Assembly: GCA_963783575.1 (NCBI GenBank)
Contig: CAWAOD010000014.1
Coordinates: 379,218-443,217 of the forward strand
Reading direction: 5' to 3'
Length of the DNA stretch: 64,000 nucleotides
DNA from: an uncultured Spirochaetota bacterium
Lineage (GTDB): Bacteria > Spirochaetota > Brevinematia > Brevinematales > JAOACQ01
The position numbers and the translations under genes were made by a program. Under the pieces are notes generated by a model. That model was not told the DNA's origin. It made no database searches and worked only from the letters and a program-made list of their open reading frames with translations. Shown here piece by piece: positions 52,493 through 62,566 of the stretch. Within the stretch, counting starts at the first letter, position 1. The number at the start of each line of letters is the position of its first letter.

Positions 52493-53044
52493 TTATTTAA
52501 GATCAGAATCAATTTTAGATTTTAATTTAATCTGTTTTTTACCCTGAGTACTATTTTCCGACAGATAATTTTTCCGGAATTCCTGTTTAACTTTATGAAG
52601 TATACCATTGATATAATTTGAAGTATTTTCTTCGCAGTATTTTTCCGATAATTCATTAGCTTCCGAAATGGCTACTTCAATCGGAACATCATACTGATAT
52701 AATAATGAATAAATGGAAATTCTTAAAATCGCCTTATCCATAGCATGCAAACGGTCGAATTCCCAGTTGACAAGATGTTTCTTTATGATTGTATCGATCC
52801 TGGCAAGATTACCTACCGCACCATTTATTATCTGGCCTGTAAAATGATATATATCTGATTTTATAGACAAAGGAATGTAGAATAAATTGCCGTCTTCATT
52901 TCCAAATTTATAAATTTCATCATACCATTTAAAATCAAGAATATCATTCAATAAAGAATTGTTAGCATCATACATATATATGGAAATTACAGCCAGTTCT
53001 CTGCCGAGTTCGCGAACACCCCTTGACTGTTTATATTCAGACAT
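52493..53044 (-). CDS. nusB: Transcription antitermination factor NusB
   Basis: ID..I..HL.NW.FDRL..MDKAILR, VAISEA.EL...Y, YINGIL; follows ribH. Confidence 0.9.
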   Translation of the reverse strand: MSEYKQSRGVRELGRELAVISIYMYDANNSLLNDILDFKWYDEIYKFGNEDGNLFYIPLSIKSDIYHFTGQIINGAVGNLARIDTIIKKHLVNWEFDRLHAMDKAILRISIYSLLYQYDVPIEVAISEANELSEKYCEENTSNYINGILHKVKQEFRKNYLSENSTQGKKQIKLKSKIDSDLK

Positions 53045-53056
53045 TAGTGTTTTCCT

Positions 53057-53527
53057 TTAACTTTTTATCTGGGAATAAAGGCTCGCCATTTCAACTGCCG
53101 AAACAATTGCATCATATCCTTTATTGCCGCTTTTGGTTCCAGCCCTGTCAATTGCCTGTTCCATATCATCAGCTGTTATAAGTCCATATATAACAGGAAT
53201 AAAACCCTCTGCCGATAATTCCATAATTGATTTGGAAGAATTGGAAGCAACATATTCAAAATGAGGAGTCTGCCCGCGGATAATCACACCAAGACAGACT
53301 AAAGCATCGTATTTTTTTGAATCCATTAATTTTCTTGCCACCCCAGCAATTTCATAACTGCCTGGGACCTTAAAAATATCAAGATCATTTAAATCACCGT
53401 CAAGTTGAAGATAAGCGTTTTTCGCGCCATCTAAAAGCTTGTCGCCAATAAACGAGTTGAATTTACTCAGTATGACGGCTATTTTAATACCCCTGGCATT
53501 CAATTTACCCTCGAATAAATTCATCAT
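53057..53527 (-). CDS. ribH: 6,7-dimethyl-8-ribityllumazine synthase
   Basis: S.FN..I...L..GA, VPGS.EI, LGV.IRG.TPHFEYV, G.KSGNKG. Confidence 0.97.
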   Translation of the reverse strand: MMNLFEGKLNARGIKIAVILSKFNSFIGDKLLDGAKNAYLQLDGDLNDLDIFKVPGSYEIAGVARKLMDSKKYDALVCLGVIIRGQTPHFEYVASNSSKSIMELSAEGFIPVIYGLITADDMEQAIDRAGTKSGNKGYDAIVSAVEMASLYSQIKS

Positions 53528-54557
53528 ATGCTCCTTTATAATTATTATCCTGGATTTTTACCGGTATTTCACCTTTTGTAATTTTTTCAATTATTAATTT
53601 ATGAAATATTTCTTGAATCCGGTCATCTTTCAGCTTATTTTCTATTAAAGGACGGGCTTTTTCAAAACTGATTGTTTTTGGCGGTTGTCTGTCTATTAAT
53701 TTAATAATCAAAATTGTATTTTTTCCATTTTTCTTTAAAGGGACAACCTGAGGACCGAATACAACACCGTTAGTCATAGTTATTGAACTTAATGTGTTTA
53801 ACTGGATTTTTTCCATTGTAGATATACCAATAACCTCTTCTGGATAACCCATATAATATAGATCATAAACCGATTTAAGCCCGGTTCTTCCGGAGTAGGA
53901 TTCAAACTTGACGTTTTTATATTTTAGAAGTATTGAATCAATATCATTTGTTGATTTCAATAAAGTTGAAATTTCGGTAAATGTATTCTCGAACTTCTCC
54001 AGATTGTTTAAACTAAGATTTGTCGGCTGTACTGCCGCGATAACAATTATATCAATCATAGCAGGATCTATCATTGCATTTGAATTTTTTGTATAATACT
54101 CTCTTGAATCATTTTCAGGAATGTCTGCATTTACTTTTTCTTTGACTTCCTGATCATAATACATCATTGCCCTTACGATCTGCTGTTTTTTAATCTGAGC
54201 TCTATACTGATCCGGAAAATCCTGGAATAACTTTCTCCTTATTTCAACTCCAGGATCTTTTGAATTTGTTATGTTTGTAACTGAATTAATAATATTTTCA
54301 AGTTCCTGAGGCTGTAAAATGATTTTTTTATTGTTATCAGATAAGTAGAAAAGGCTGTAAATTGATATAAGTTCTTTAAATGCGAAATTAGTATCATTAT
54401 TCAACTTTCCGGTGTTTTCCTTGTCAAAATCAGACATCAGTTTAATATCATAAGAGGTTATTGCGTAATTACCTATACTTGCAGCAATGGAATAAACTGC
54501 TTTTCCATAGCTTAATGCTGATAAACCCAGTAGTAATATCAGTGTACAACGAATCAT
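53505..54557 (-). CDS. SurA/PrsA-like periplasmic chaperone (divergent PPIase)
   Basis: Signal peptide; IAA.IG..AIT.YD, YY..N, SFE.AR..I...L. Confidence 0.6.
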   Translation of the reverse strand: MIRCTLILLLGLSALSYGKAVYSIAASIGNYAITSYDIKLMSDFDKENTGKLNNDTNFAFKELISIYSLFYLSDNNKKIILQPQELENIINSVTNITNSKDPGVEIRRKLFQDFPDQYRAQIKKQQIVRAMMYYDQEVKEKVNADIPENDSREYYTKNSNAMIDPAMIDIIVIAAVQPTNLSLNNLEKFENTFTEISTLLKSTNDIDSILLKYKNVKFESYSGRTGLKSVYDLYYMGYPEEVIGISTMEKIQLNTLSSITMTNGVVFGPQVVPLKKNGKNTILIIKLIDRQPPKTISFEKARPLIENKLKDDRIQEIFHKLIIEKITKGEIPVKIQDNNYKGAYDEFIRG

Positions 54558-54647
54558 AATATATCTCCCGATTAAAATCAATCAATCTTGAAATGTTAAT
54601 TAAATTATTATGAATAAAATAAGTTAAATAGTAAAGTCTTTAAAGAT

Positions 54648-56225
54648 TTATTTATCTTTTTCATTTTCTATTTTCATCAATATATAATTCATACTGTCAA
54701 CAAGAGCATGCCAGCTTGCTTCGATTATATTTTCCGATACTCCGACAGTTCCCCATTCATAGCCATCGAAACGGAATAAAATCAAGACCCTTGTTTGAGC
54801 TGCCGTTCCGGCTTTCGGATTCAAAATCCTCACTTTATAATCGATCAATTTTACGCTTTTCACAACCGGATAAAATACGGACAAAGCATTCTTCAGGGCA
54901 ATATCAAGGGCATTTACGGGGCCATCTCCCTCCGATACTGTTAATTCCTCGAGCTCTCCTACGCGTATTTTAACCGTCGCTTCAATAACGGGTAAAATAC
55001 CTTCTTTAACATAAGTAAATGTTTTAAATGATTCAACACTAAACCTGTCTTTAAATAAACCTGTAATTTTCTTAACCAGGATTTCAAATGATGCATCGGC
55101 TCCTTCGAATTCATAGCCCATATTTTCCATTTCTTTAATTTGCTCAACAAGTTGAGGAATAAACTGTTTATCAATTTCAAGACCAAGTTCCCTTGTTTTT
55201 TCCAGGATATTCGATTTACCAGCCTGATCAGAAATCAATATTCTTCTTTTGTTCCCGACTAGTTCAGGATTTATGTGTTCATAAGTTTTGTTATTTTTTT
55301 CCATAGCGTCGACATGAACTCCTGCTTTATGGGTAAAAGCACTGGTCCCCGTATATGGCTGGTGGGCATCGGGAATTAAATTAGCCATCTCGTATATATA
55401 ATGGGATAGTTCAAGCAATTTCTGCATTTTCTTTTTATCTATATAGTTAAATTTATATCCCATTTTAAACATCAAATTCGGTAAAATTGAACATAGATTG
55501 GCGTTGCCGCACCTTTCACCGATGCCGTTGATCGTGCCCTGGATATGAACTGCTCCATTTCTTACTGCCTCAATGCTGTTTGCAACGGCGCAATCGCTGT
55601 CATTATGAGTATGAATACCGATTTTAGATTTGATTTCACTGCGAATAGCTCCCATTATTTCTCCAATATTTTGAGGCAGCATTCCGCCGTTTGTATCGCA
55701 TAGAACTATTGTATCAGCCCCTGCTTTTTCAGCTTTTCGTATAACCTTAAGAGCATAATCCGGATTTGCTATATAACCGTCAAAAAAATGTTCGGCATCA
55801 AAAATTACTTCTTTATTTTTTGATTTTAAATAAGCAAGGGAATCATAAATCAATTCAAGATTACTTTCGAGTGAAATATTAAAAACATCAATTACGTGCA
55901 GATCCCATGATTTTCCGAAAATTGTTACAACAGGAGTATCAGCAAGGATCAACTCTTTAATATTTACATCCTCACTCACTTTATTCTTCGCATGCCTTGT
56001 TCTTCCGAAAGCAGTAGTTTTTGCATTCATCATTTCAATTTTCTTCAGTTCTTCAAAGAAACTTTTATCTTTCGGGTTAGACCCAGGCCATCCGCATTCA
56101 ACATAATCAACCCCGAAACTATCCAGTTTTTTTGCAATAGAAATCATATCCTGGATGGAAAAATTAATCCCTTCCGACTGTTTTCCGTCTCTTAATGTCG
56201 TGTCATATACCAATAATTTTTCCAT
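54648..56225 (-). CDS. cimA: Citramalate synthase
   Basis: YDTTLRDG.Q, GWPGSNPKD, GKSWDLHV, FDAEHFFDG, HTHND, GDGPVNALD. Confidence 0.92.
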   Translation of the reverse strand: MEKLLVYDTTLRDGKQSEGINFSIQDMISIAKKLDSFGVDYVECGWPGSNPKDKSFFEELKKIEMMNAKTTAFGRTRHAKNKVSEDVNIKELILADTPVVTIFGKSWDLHVIDVFNISLESNLELIYDSLAYLKSKNKEVIFDAEHFFDGYIANPDYALKVIRKAEKAGADTIVLCDTNGGMLPQNIGEIMGAIRSEIKSKIGIHTHNDSDCAVANSIEAVRNGAVHIQGTINGIGERCGNANLCSILPNLMFKMGYKFNYIDKKKMQKLLELSHYIYEMANLIPDAHQPYTGTSAFTHKAGVHVDAMEKNNKTYEHINPELVGNKRRILISDQAGKSNILEKTRELGLEIDKQFIPQLVEQIKEMENMGYEFEGADASFEILVKKITGLFKDRFSVESFKTFTYVKEGILPVIEATVKIRVGELEELTVSEGDGPVNALDIALKNALSVFYPVVKSVKLIDYKVRILNPKAGTAAQTRVLILFRFDGYEWGTVGVSENIIEASWHALVDSMNYILMKIENEKDK

Positions 56226-56398
56226 AACACACCTCCAAATATATGCAGTAAAATAAGTTAGAAAATAGTTTATTTCATTGTTTATTATCGAACCATTAAT
56301 TAAGCAGACTGGATTTTATAACTCAATTTCATGTCAATAGATATGCTTTAAAATACAAATCTGGCTTTTCTATATTAACATCTTAATTTTCTTATTAT

Positions 56399-56422
56399 TA
56401 TACTTGATTTTTATCAAGTATA
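56399..56422. promoter_or_regulatory. Perfect palindrome containing an FNR-type box
   Basis: TATAC-TTGAT-TTTT-ATCAA-GTATA. Confidence 0.45.
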
Positions 56423-56563
56423 GCTTGAAAAAGGTTTATAAAAACATTAATTGAAATTCCATAAATAGTATAATTTGAAACTCTATTAGTGTCAAGGTAA
56501 TAAATGATTACTAAGGTTAATAATCAGGAAGTCCGGAAAACAAAATGTCTTTTTCAATAATAT

Positions 56564-57298
56564 TTATCTTAAATTGTGCTCCGTTAGAAATTTTTCATCT
56601 TGAAGTATCAGTATAGATTTTCCAGTACGGATAATGTTATGTGATTCCGAAAGAACTAAAGTCTTTTCAAAAATACCTTCGATATATTCAAATTCGTGAG
56701 TAGCACAAATTATTGTCTTACCGGATTTATTAAGATCTATAATTAGGTCTTTCATAAATCTCTTTATCCTGGGATCTAGCCCATTCATTGGCTCATCTAG
56801 AGTGAGAACCTCAGGATTAAGCGCTAAAACTGAAGCAATTGCCACCTTCTTTTTCTCACCCTCACTAAGGTGATAGGGTTCCCGGTGTTTCAAATGCTCT
56901 ATACCAAGCATACCAAGGCAATCCTGTACTCGGCTGTTTACAGCTTCCTCTGTAAAACCCATCTGCCTTGGGCCGAACGCAATCTCCTCATAAACATTCT
57001 GACAAAAAAGCTGAGCATCGGAATTCTGAAATACAAAACCTATACTTTTATGAAATTTTTTGGAAAAATACTTGTCGCTTAATTTTTGTAAATTAATAAT
57101 CTCCCCATTGAAAAAATATTCGCCAGAATCGGGAAGTATGATGCCGTTTATCAGTTTTAACAGGCTTGATTTTCCGCTCCCGTTCGGACCGATTATAGCG
57201 ACGGATTCTCCTCCGGCAATACTCAGGTTTAAATTTATCAGAGCGGAATTATTCCTGTAGCCGTAATTAATATTTTTCAGTTCGATAATATTATTCAT
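56564..57298 (-). CDS. cbiO: ECF transporter ATPase (NikO/CbiO)
   Basis: GPNGSGKS, FQNSDAQLF, EIAFGP, LSEGEKKK, LDEP. Confidence 0.9.
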   Translation of the reverse strand: MNNIIELKNINYGYRNNSALINLNLSIAGGESVAIIGPNGSGKSSLLKLINGIILPDSGEYFFNGEIINLQKLSDKYFSKKFHKSIGFVFQNSDAQLFCQNVYEEIAFGPRQMGFTEEAVNSRVQDCLGMLGIEHLKHREPYHLSEGEKKKVAIASVLALNPEVLTLDEPMNGLDPRIKRFMKDLIIDLNKSGKTIICATHEFEYIEGIFEKTLVLSESHNIIRTGKSILILQDEKFLTEHNLR

Positions 57299-57317
57299 TT
57301 GCTTCCCTAACCCATTT

Positions 57318-58106
57318 TCAAAAACAAAAAAATGAAGCAATCAGCAGGCAGTTTGCGCCAAAATATATACAATCTTCAGGTTTTATATGATATTTCCAAG
57401 AGGGAAGGTAACGCCCGTTAAAACCTCTGCATTCCATTGCGGAATACGTCAACTCAGCCATTTCTTTTGACTTAAGGAACAACACCCCCATAAGGTTTGC
57501 CAGCGATTGGTGTTTTTTGTCATTTTTTCCGATTGATCTTAACCGTATTGAGTAAAGCATGTTGATTGAAAATTCCCCCAGTATGAAAATATATTTTATA
57601 GTTATATCAAGTACAAGTATTAGAACATCCGGTATTTTGATAAATTTTAAGGAACGTGTGAGATGGCTCCATTTGGTAGAATTTGCAAGAATATTTACGG
57701 CTGTAATATTACCGATAATTTTTAATAAAAGAATCGTGGTATTGTGAAGGTTTCCCATAAGTGCTGAGGGAAGAAGGATCAATGAAGCAAAAATTCCCGC
57801 TACAATTATTAAGACCGCGGTTCTTTTAATATCTCTCCATTCAAGCATTCCCAATATGAGAATAATGTATGAATCGCAAAGCAGTATGAACTGAAAACTC
57901 TGTGAAAGCGATAATATTATAATTAATATAAAAGTAAAAATAAATTTCAGTGTTGCGTCTATGCGGTAGAATACACCGTTTTCCGTTTTGCCGGCCCACC
58001 GGATACCGGACAGCATACTCAGAATAGAGAGGATGCTTTTATCAATAAATACATCCCTGTCTTTCCGGGGATAATATTCATCCTTCTTTGTAAGCCAATC
58101 GGTCAC
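57318..58106 (-). CDS. cbiQ: ECF transporter T component (NikQ/CbiQ)
   Basis: Multi-TM; G.LFL.S, Y.AMECRGF; GTG start. Confidence 0.85.
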   Translation of the reverse strand: MTDWLTKKDEYYPRKDRDVFIDKSILSILSMLSGIRWAGKTENGVFYRIDATLKFIFTFILIIILSLSQSFQFILLCDSYIILILGMLEWRDIKRTAVLIIVAGIFASLILLPSALMGNLHNTTILLLKIIGNITAVNILANSTKWSHLTRSLKFIKIPDVLILVLDITIKYIFILGEFSINMLYSIRLRSIGKNDKKHQSLANLMGVLFLKSKEMAELTYSAMECRGFNGRYLPSWKYHIKPEDCIYFGANCLLIASFFCF

Positions 58107-58171
58107 ATTCCCTCCGTTTTTATAGTTAAAACACTACTGCTGTAAAACCCGCAAGAGTGTTTTGTGATTTT

Positions 58172-59164
58172 TTATTCGCTTTTAGCAGGTTCTTTATTCT
58201 TTTTAAATAAAGATGAAACTACCTTAAAAATAATCAGAAGCAAAGCCGCACCGGCAACTGCCGATATCAGATAACCGGCGATATCACTCTTAAGAGCAGG
58301 CAGATTATAATCCTGCAGCGGAGCTTCCAGATGAAACCCTTTAGCTATACTGCCCGGGACTGTAATGTTCATTTTCTGCAATTCGTCGGCAGCCCATTCG
58401 CCCCATGCTGTTCCCGAAGCAATAAGCCCGATCGGTGTTAAGACCGTCATTAAAGCAAGAAGTATGTAAAGCGGCCCGTAACGCGGTTTTGTGTCGCTAT
58501 CCGCATGAATGATTTCAGGAGATACGCGCCTGATATAAAGCAAAACCCCAGATGTAACAATGCCTTCGACAATACCCGCAATCAGGTACGCTATAAGCAT
58601 AGCCGGAATTGAGGCAGATAGGCCGTAGGGGCAATAGAGAGGCAACCCTGCCGCGTCCTTGAATAGAAGGGGCTGAATCCCGAATTCTACGGCCGCGAAT
58701 AATGCGGCAAGATTGATGGCGATATAACCTGCTATAAAGGCGATGATAATTTCACCCTTTTCACTTTTCCAGACCTTTTTTAAAAAAGTATAGATAAAAT
58801 ATCCGGTGAACGGAATGACAAACGCCATATTGAAACAATTCGCCCCGAAGGATAATATACCCCCGTCGCCGAACAGGAGGGCCTGGATCAGAAGGGCGAT
58901 TGAGACCGCGATTGTCGCCGAGTATGGCCCCAGGAGTATTGCTATCAGGGTGGCCCCCACTGCATGTGCAGATGTTCCTCCTGGGATAGGCACATTGAAC
59001 ATCATTAGTAAAAAGGCAAAAGCGGCAGAAATGCCCAGCAGAGGGATTTTTTTAGCTGTAACTTCCTTTTTGACTTTGTTAACCGCGATAGCCCAAACCG
59101 GAAGCATGATCGCGCCCATCATAGCGCAAGTCTGGGGACTGAGATAATTATCGGGTATATGCAT
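58172..59164 (-). CDS. cbiM: Nickel/cobalt ECF substrate component, fused NikMN/Lar(MN) type
   Basis: MHIPD N-terminus, GGTSAH, ALLFGDGG, C-terminal AWGEW...AP..DY domain. Confidence 0.93.
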   Translation of the reverse strand: MHIPDNYLSPQTCAMMGAIMLPVWAIAVNKVKKEVTAKKIPLLGISAAFAFLLMMFNVPIPGGTSAHAVGATLIAILLGPYSATIAVSIALLIQALLFGDGGILSFGANCFNMAFVIPFTGYFIYTFLKKVWKSEKGEIIIAFIAGYIAINLAALFAAVEFGIQPLLFKDAAGLPLYCPYGLSASIPAMLIAYLIAGIVEGIVTSGVLLYIRRVSPEIIHADSDTKPRYGPLYILLALMTVLTPIGLIASGTAWGEWAADELQKMNITVPGSIAKGFHLEAPLQDYNLPALKSDIAGYLISAVAGAALLLIIFKVVSSLFKKNKEPAKSE

Positions 59165-59404
59165 ATTTTACTCCTTTCCTTCGTCATCACTCAGGATGAC
59201 CTTTGAATCCGGTACCGTTGAAAATGATATGGAATATCAAAACCTAAAGTACCGGATATTAAATCCGACAAAGTTAATTCAATACAAAACTGATGCGGAG
59301 TATCCGGTATGCCAAGAAAGATTACCGGAATGATGTTCAGGCCGCCATAGTTACCGAAAGCATAGGGATTTTATTATTATAAAAGAAGTTGTTAAATTTT
59401 ACAA
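59165..59404 (-). promoter_or_regulatory. Promoter and structured ~200-nt leader with an 8-codon uORF (candidate metal-responsive RNA element)
   Basis: TTGTAA-N17-TATAAT at 59404-59376; uORF 59363-59337; several inverted repeats. Confidence 0.55.
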
Positions 59405-59504
59405 ACAAACCTTTTCAATTTCAGGAATCTTATTTTTGCAATATTTATTTTTTTGCGTCATAATTTGCAGGTTTTTAACCCAAGCATATTTTTGAGGAGA
59501 CATT

Positions 59505-60358
59505 ATGTGGGACGTAAAAGGTAAAGTGGTTTTGATTACAGGGGCTACCAACGGTATTGGAAAAGAAACAGCGATAGGGCTGGCGCAAGCGGGTGCCAAT
59601 GTTGTTATTCATGGACGGAGTACTTCAAAAACCGAAGGAGTTGTCCGTGAAATTGTTCAAAAAACCGGAAACCGAAACGTAGATATGGTCACCGGGGATT
59701 TATCATCATTGACCGATGTAAAAAAGATAGTTGATGAATTTCAATCGAAATACAATTCGTTGAACATACTTATCAACAATGCCGGCGGGCTTATATGGAT
59801 GAACCTGTTTCCACAGACGGTTTTGAAATGACTTTTGCAGTAAATTACCTTTCGCATTTTTTGTTAACTAGTCTTCTTTTAGGTCAAATCAAAAAAAGCG
59901 CTCCGGCCAGAATTATTCATTTATCATCATCGGCTCACAAGATGATGATAAATATTAATATGGAAAAAATATACAGGCCCGGAGCGTATGGTTTTCTTGT
60001 TTACTGCGCTGCCAAGCTATGCGTTACTATGTTTGCCTATGAGCTGGCTGAGCGTTTAGAAGGTTCCAATGTAACCTCAAATGCAGTCCATCCCGGCATG
60101 GTCAAGACAGGTTTCGGTTCAAATAACAATAATATCTTCTGGAAAATATTCGCACCATTCTGCTTTGCAATATCAATTCCTCCTGAAAAAGGCGCGTCAA
60201 CCTCTCTTTATCTGGCCACTTCGAATGACCTTGAGGGAATTACAGCCAAGTATTTTGTCGGGTCAAAAGAAAAGCTATCAACAAAATTAAGTTATAACAA
60301 GGAAAAGCAGAAGGAATTATGGGTGCTAAGCGAAAAATTAGTGAAGGATTTTCTATAG
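59505..60358 (+). pseudogene. Short-chain dehydrogenase/reductase (retinol-DH-like), frameshifted
   Basis: TGATNGIG...INNAG in ORF 59505-59831 continues as DGFEMTFAVNYL..Y.AAKL..HPG in ORF 59795-60358; shift near 59792. Confidence 0.85.
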
Positions 60359-60367
60359 GAACAAAAG

Positions 60368-60765
60368 CATGATAACGGCTCCGGTAAGCCGGCGGCTGAT
60401 TTTTAATCTTCAATCCATGCGGGGATGGTTAATCTTGCAGATTTCCAGGGAAAAGTAGTGATATTGTCTGCCTGGATTATTGTCCCCTTACTCTATCAAA
60501 AATAAAAAGCGCTATTTCAACGTTAACAATTCAAGAAATTAATCAAGTTAAATTCGTTATGATTTCAGTCGATCCGGAGCGCAATAAAATAAAAAATTAC
60601 GGATTATATTAACAGATTCCATACGGATTTTATCGGTTTAACTGGAACACCGGCTGAAATCTATGATGCCGCCAAGAAATATTAAAAGAAAAAGTTAATT
60701 CTGCTGCCGGAGACCTCATCGATCATACCCAGCATACTGGTTCAGGACAAACAGGGGAGATTATG
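60368..60765 (+). pseudogene. Decayed SCO1/SenC family gene
   Basis: Fragments in different frames: LADFQGKVV, CLDYCP (60469-60486), ISVDPER, FIGLTGT, IDHT, DKQGRL. Confidence 0.75.
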
Positions 60766-60844
60766 TGCCAAACAAAAGAATCCAAATTGTGTTATTTTTT
60801 ATTATTATGGTATAATAATAGAAATGATTTTTGGGAATATTAAT

Positions 60845-61666
60845 ATGAATATTGAAAATAAATTTGAGAATTTAAAAAATATAATATTATCAAGCGAAAA
60901 AGCCGCAGTGGCTTTTTCCGGCGGTGTTGACAGCTCATTCCTCGCAAAATTTTGCTACGATCTTCTTAGAGAAAACAGCGCGGCAATAACAATAGCTTCA
61001 CCAATGATGCCTGCTGGCGAAATTGAAGAAGCAAAAGAAATAGCTCATCTGATCGGTATAGATCATTACATAATCGAGGATAATTCTATTGATGAAGAAA
61101 TCGCGTCAAATTCCTCAAAGCGCTGTTATTATTGTAAAAAGATGGAATTCTCAAAAATAAAACAGAAGGCTTCAGAATTGGGTATTAATAATGTTTTCGA
61201 CGGATCTAATATGGATGACTTATCGGATTACAGGCCTGGTCTTAAAGCCCTTCAGGAAGTTGGAATAGTCAGTCCTTTACGGGAAATTGGTTTGACAAAA
61301 ACAGAAATCCGCGAACTTTCAAAAAAGCTCGGTTTAAAAACCTGGGATAAGCCTGCTTATGCATGTCTTGCATCAAGAATACCTTACGGCGAGAAAATTA
61401 CAAAGGAAAAACTTGAACTTATTGATAAAGCCGAAGCTTATCTTAAAAATCTTGGTTTCAGGCAGTACCGGGTTAGATACCATGGGACAATTGCCAGGAT
61501 TGAAATAGCCGCGCAAGAAAGAAAAAAGATGTTTGATGAAAATTTGATGGATAATATATCCAGGGTTTTCAAAGCTTTCGGTTTTATATACGTCGCACTT
61601 GAACTTGAAGGATATCAAACCGGAAGCCTTAACCGCACACTTGAAAAAGGCAGGGCAGATAAATGA
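60845..61666 (+). CDS. larE: ATP-dependent sulfur transferase LarE
   Basis: AFSGGVDS PP-loop, RCYYCK, D..DYRPG, WDKP..ACLASRIPYG, RVRYH; alternative start at 60824. Confidence 0.93.
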   Translation: MNIENKFENLKNIILSSEKAAVAFSGGVDSSFLAKFCYDLLRENSAAITIASPMMPAGEIEEAKEIAHLIGIDHYIIEDNSIDEEIASNSSKRCYYCKKMEFSKIKQKASELGINNVFDGSNMDDLSDYRPGLKALQEVGIVSPLREIGLTKTEIRELSKKLGLKTWDKPAYACLASRIPYGEKITKEKLELIDKAEAYLKNLGFRQYRVRYHGTIARIEIAAQERKKMFDENLMDNISRVFKAFGFIYVALELEGYQTGSLNRTLEKGRADK

Positions 61667-62439
61667 GGGAAAAAGATCTGCTGGAATTACTTAATTCCGT
61701 CCGTGACGGAAAACTCAAAATTGAAGAAGCTTTAAATAAATTAAAAGAGCTTCCGTTTATTGATATGGAATACGCGAAACTTGACACACATCGCGAAATA
61801 AGGACAGGATTTCCGGAAATCATATTCTGCGCCGGTAAAACCATCGAACACATTAAGGGCATAGTATCCCATATGATGGAAAAACGGATTAATATACTTG
61901 CGACAAGGGCGGAACAGAATGTTTTCCTAGCGTTGAAAAATGAAATTCCGAATATCGAATACTTTCCCGAGGCAAGAATTATCTATATTAAAAATTCAGA
62001 TATACATTTAAACAAAAATAAAATACTTGTCGTTACAGGCGGCACATCCGATATTCCGGTAGCGGAGGAAGCAGCTGTAACTGCCGAAAAATTGGGCAAT
62101 CAGGTCTCAAGGCTTTATGATGTTGGAGTTGCTGGCATACACAGGCTTCTTTATAATCAGGATAAATTGAACGACGCGAGTGTCATAATCGCGGTCGCAG
62201 GTATGGAGGGAGCACTGGCCAGCGTTGTAGGCGGCCTAGTGGATAAACCGGTAATAGCAGTACCGACAAGTATCGGATATGGAGCCAGTTTCGGAGGACT
62301 TGCTGCCCTTCTGGCGATGCTGAACAGCTGTGCAAGCGGGATCAGTGTAGTCAATATCGACAACGGTTTCGGGGCGGGATATTTTGCGGCTGTGATAAAC
62401 CGTCAAATAGAAAAAGCCGCCGGAGATAATAAAAAATAA
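61663..62439 (+). CDS. larB: NPN cofactor carboxylase/hydrolase LarB
   Basis: D..R..RTG.PE, GTSD.PVAEEA, DVGVAG.HRL, AGMEGAL, VPTS.GYG, VVNIDNGFGA. Confidence 0.95.
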   Translation: MREKDLLELLNSVRDGKLKIEEALNKLKELPFIDMEYAKLDTHREIRTGFPEIIFCAGKTIEHIKGIVSHMMEKRINILATRAEQNVFLALKNEIPNIEYFPEARIIYIKNSDIHLNKNKILVVTGGTSDIPVAEEAAVTAEKLGNQVSRLYDVGVAGIHRLLYNQDKLNDASVIIAVAGMEGALASVVGGLVDKPVIAVPTSIGYGASFGGLAALLAMLNSCASGISVVNIDNGFGAGYFAAVINRQIEKAAGDNKK

Positions 62440-62451
62440 AGTTCGAGAAAA

Positions 62452-62535
62452 CAAACCCCAACCCCTCATTCAGCAGAGCCGGTCCTGAGTCTGAAGAAGG
62501 GTTCTGTACATCGTTTCGTAGGAGGGGAGGTTTTG
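62452..62535. repeat. REP-like hairpin between larB and larC
   Basis: Outer cccctc/gagggg stem; inner cagagcc..cctgag..gaagg..ggttctg. Confidence 0.6.
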
Positions 62536-62566
62536 ACAATATGTCTATGAATTATAGGAAGAAGGA

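Noticed and set aside
58128-58163. Hairpin aaaacact/agtgtttt between cbiM and cbiQ
   Set aside because: Most likely an ordinary intra-operon stability or attenuation stem; nothing further supports novelty.
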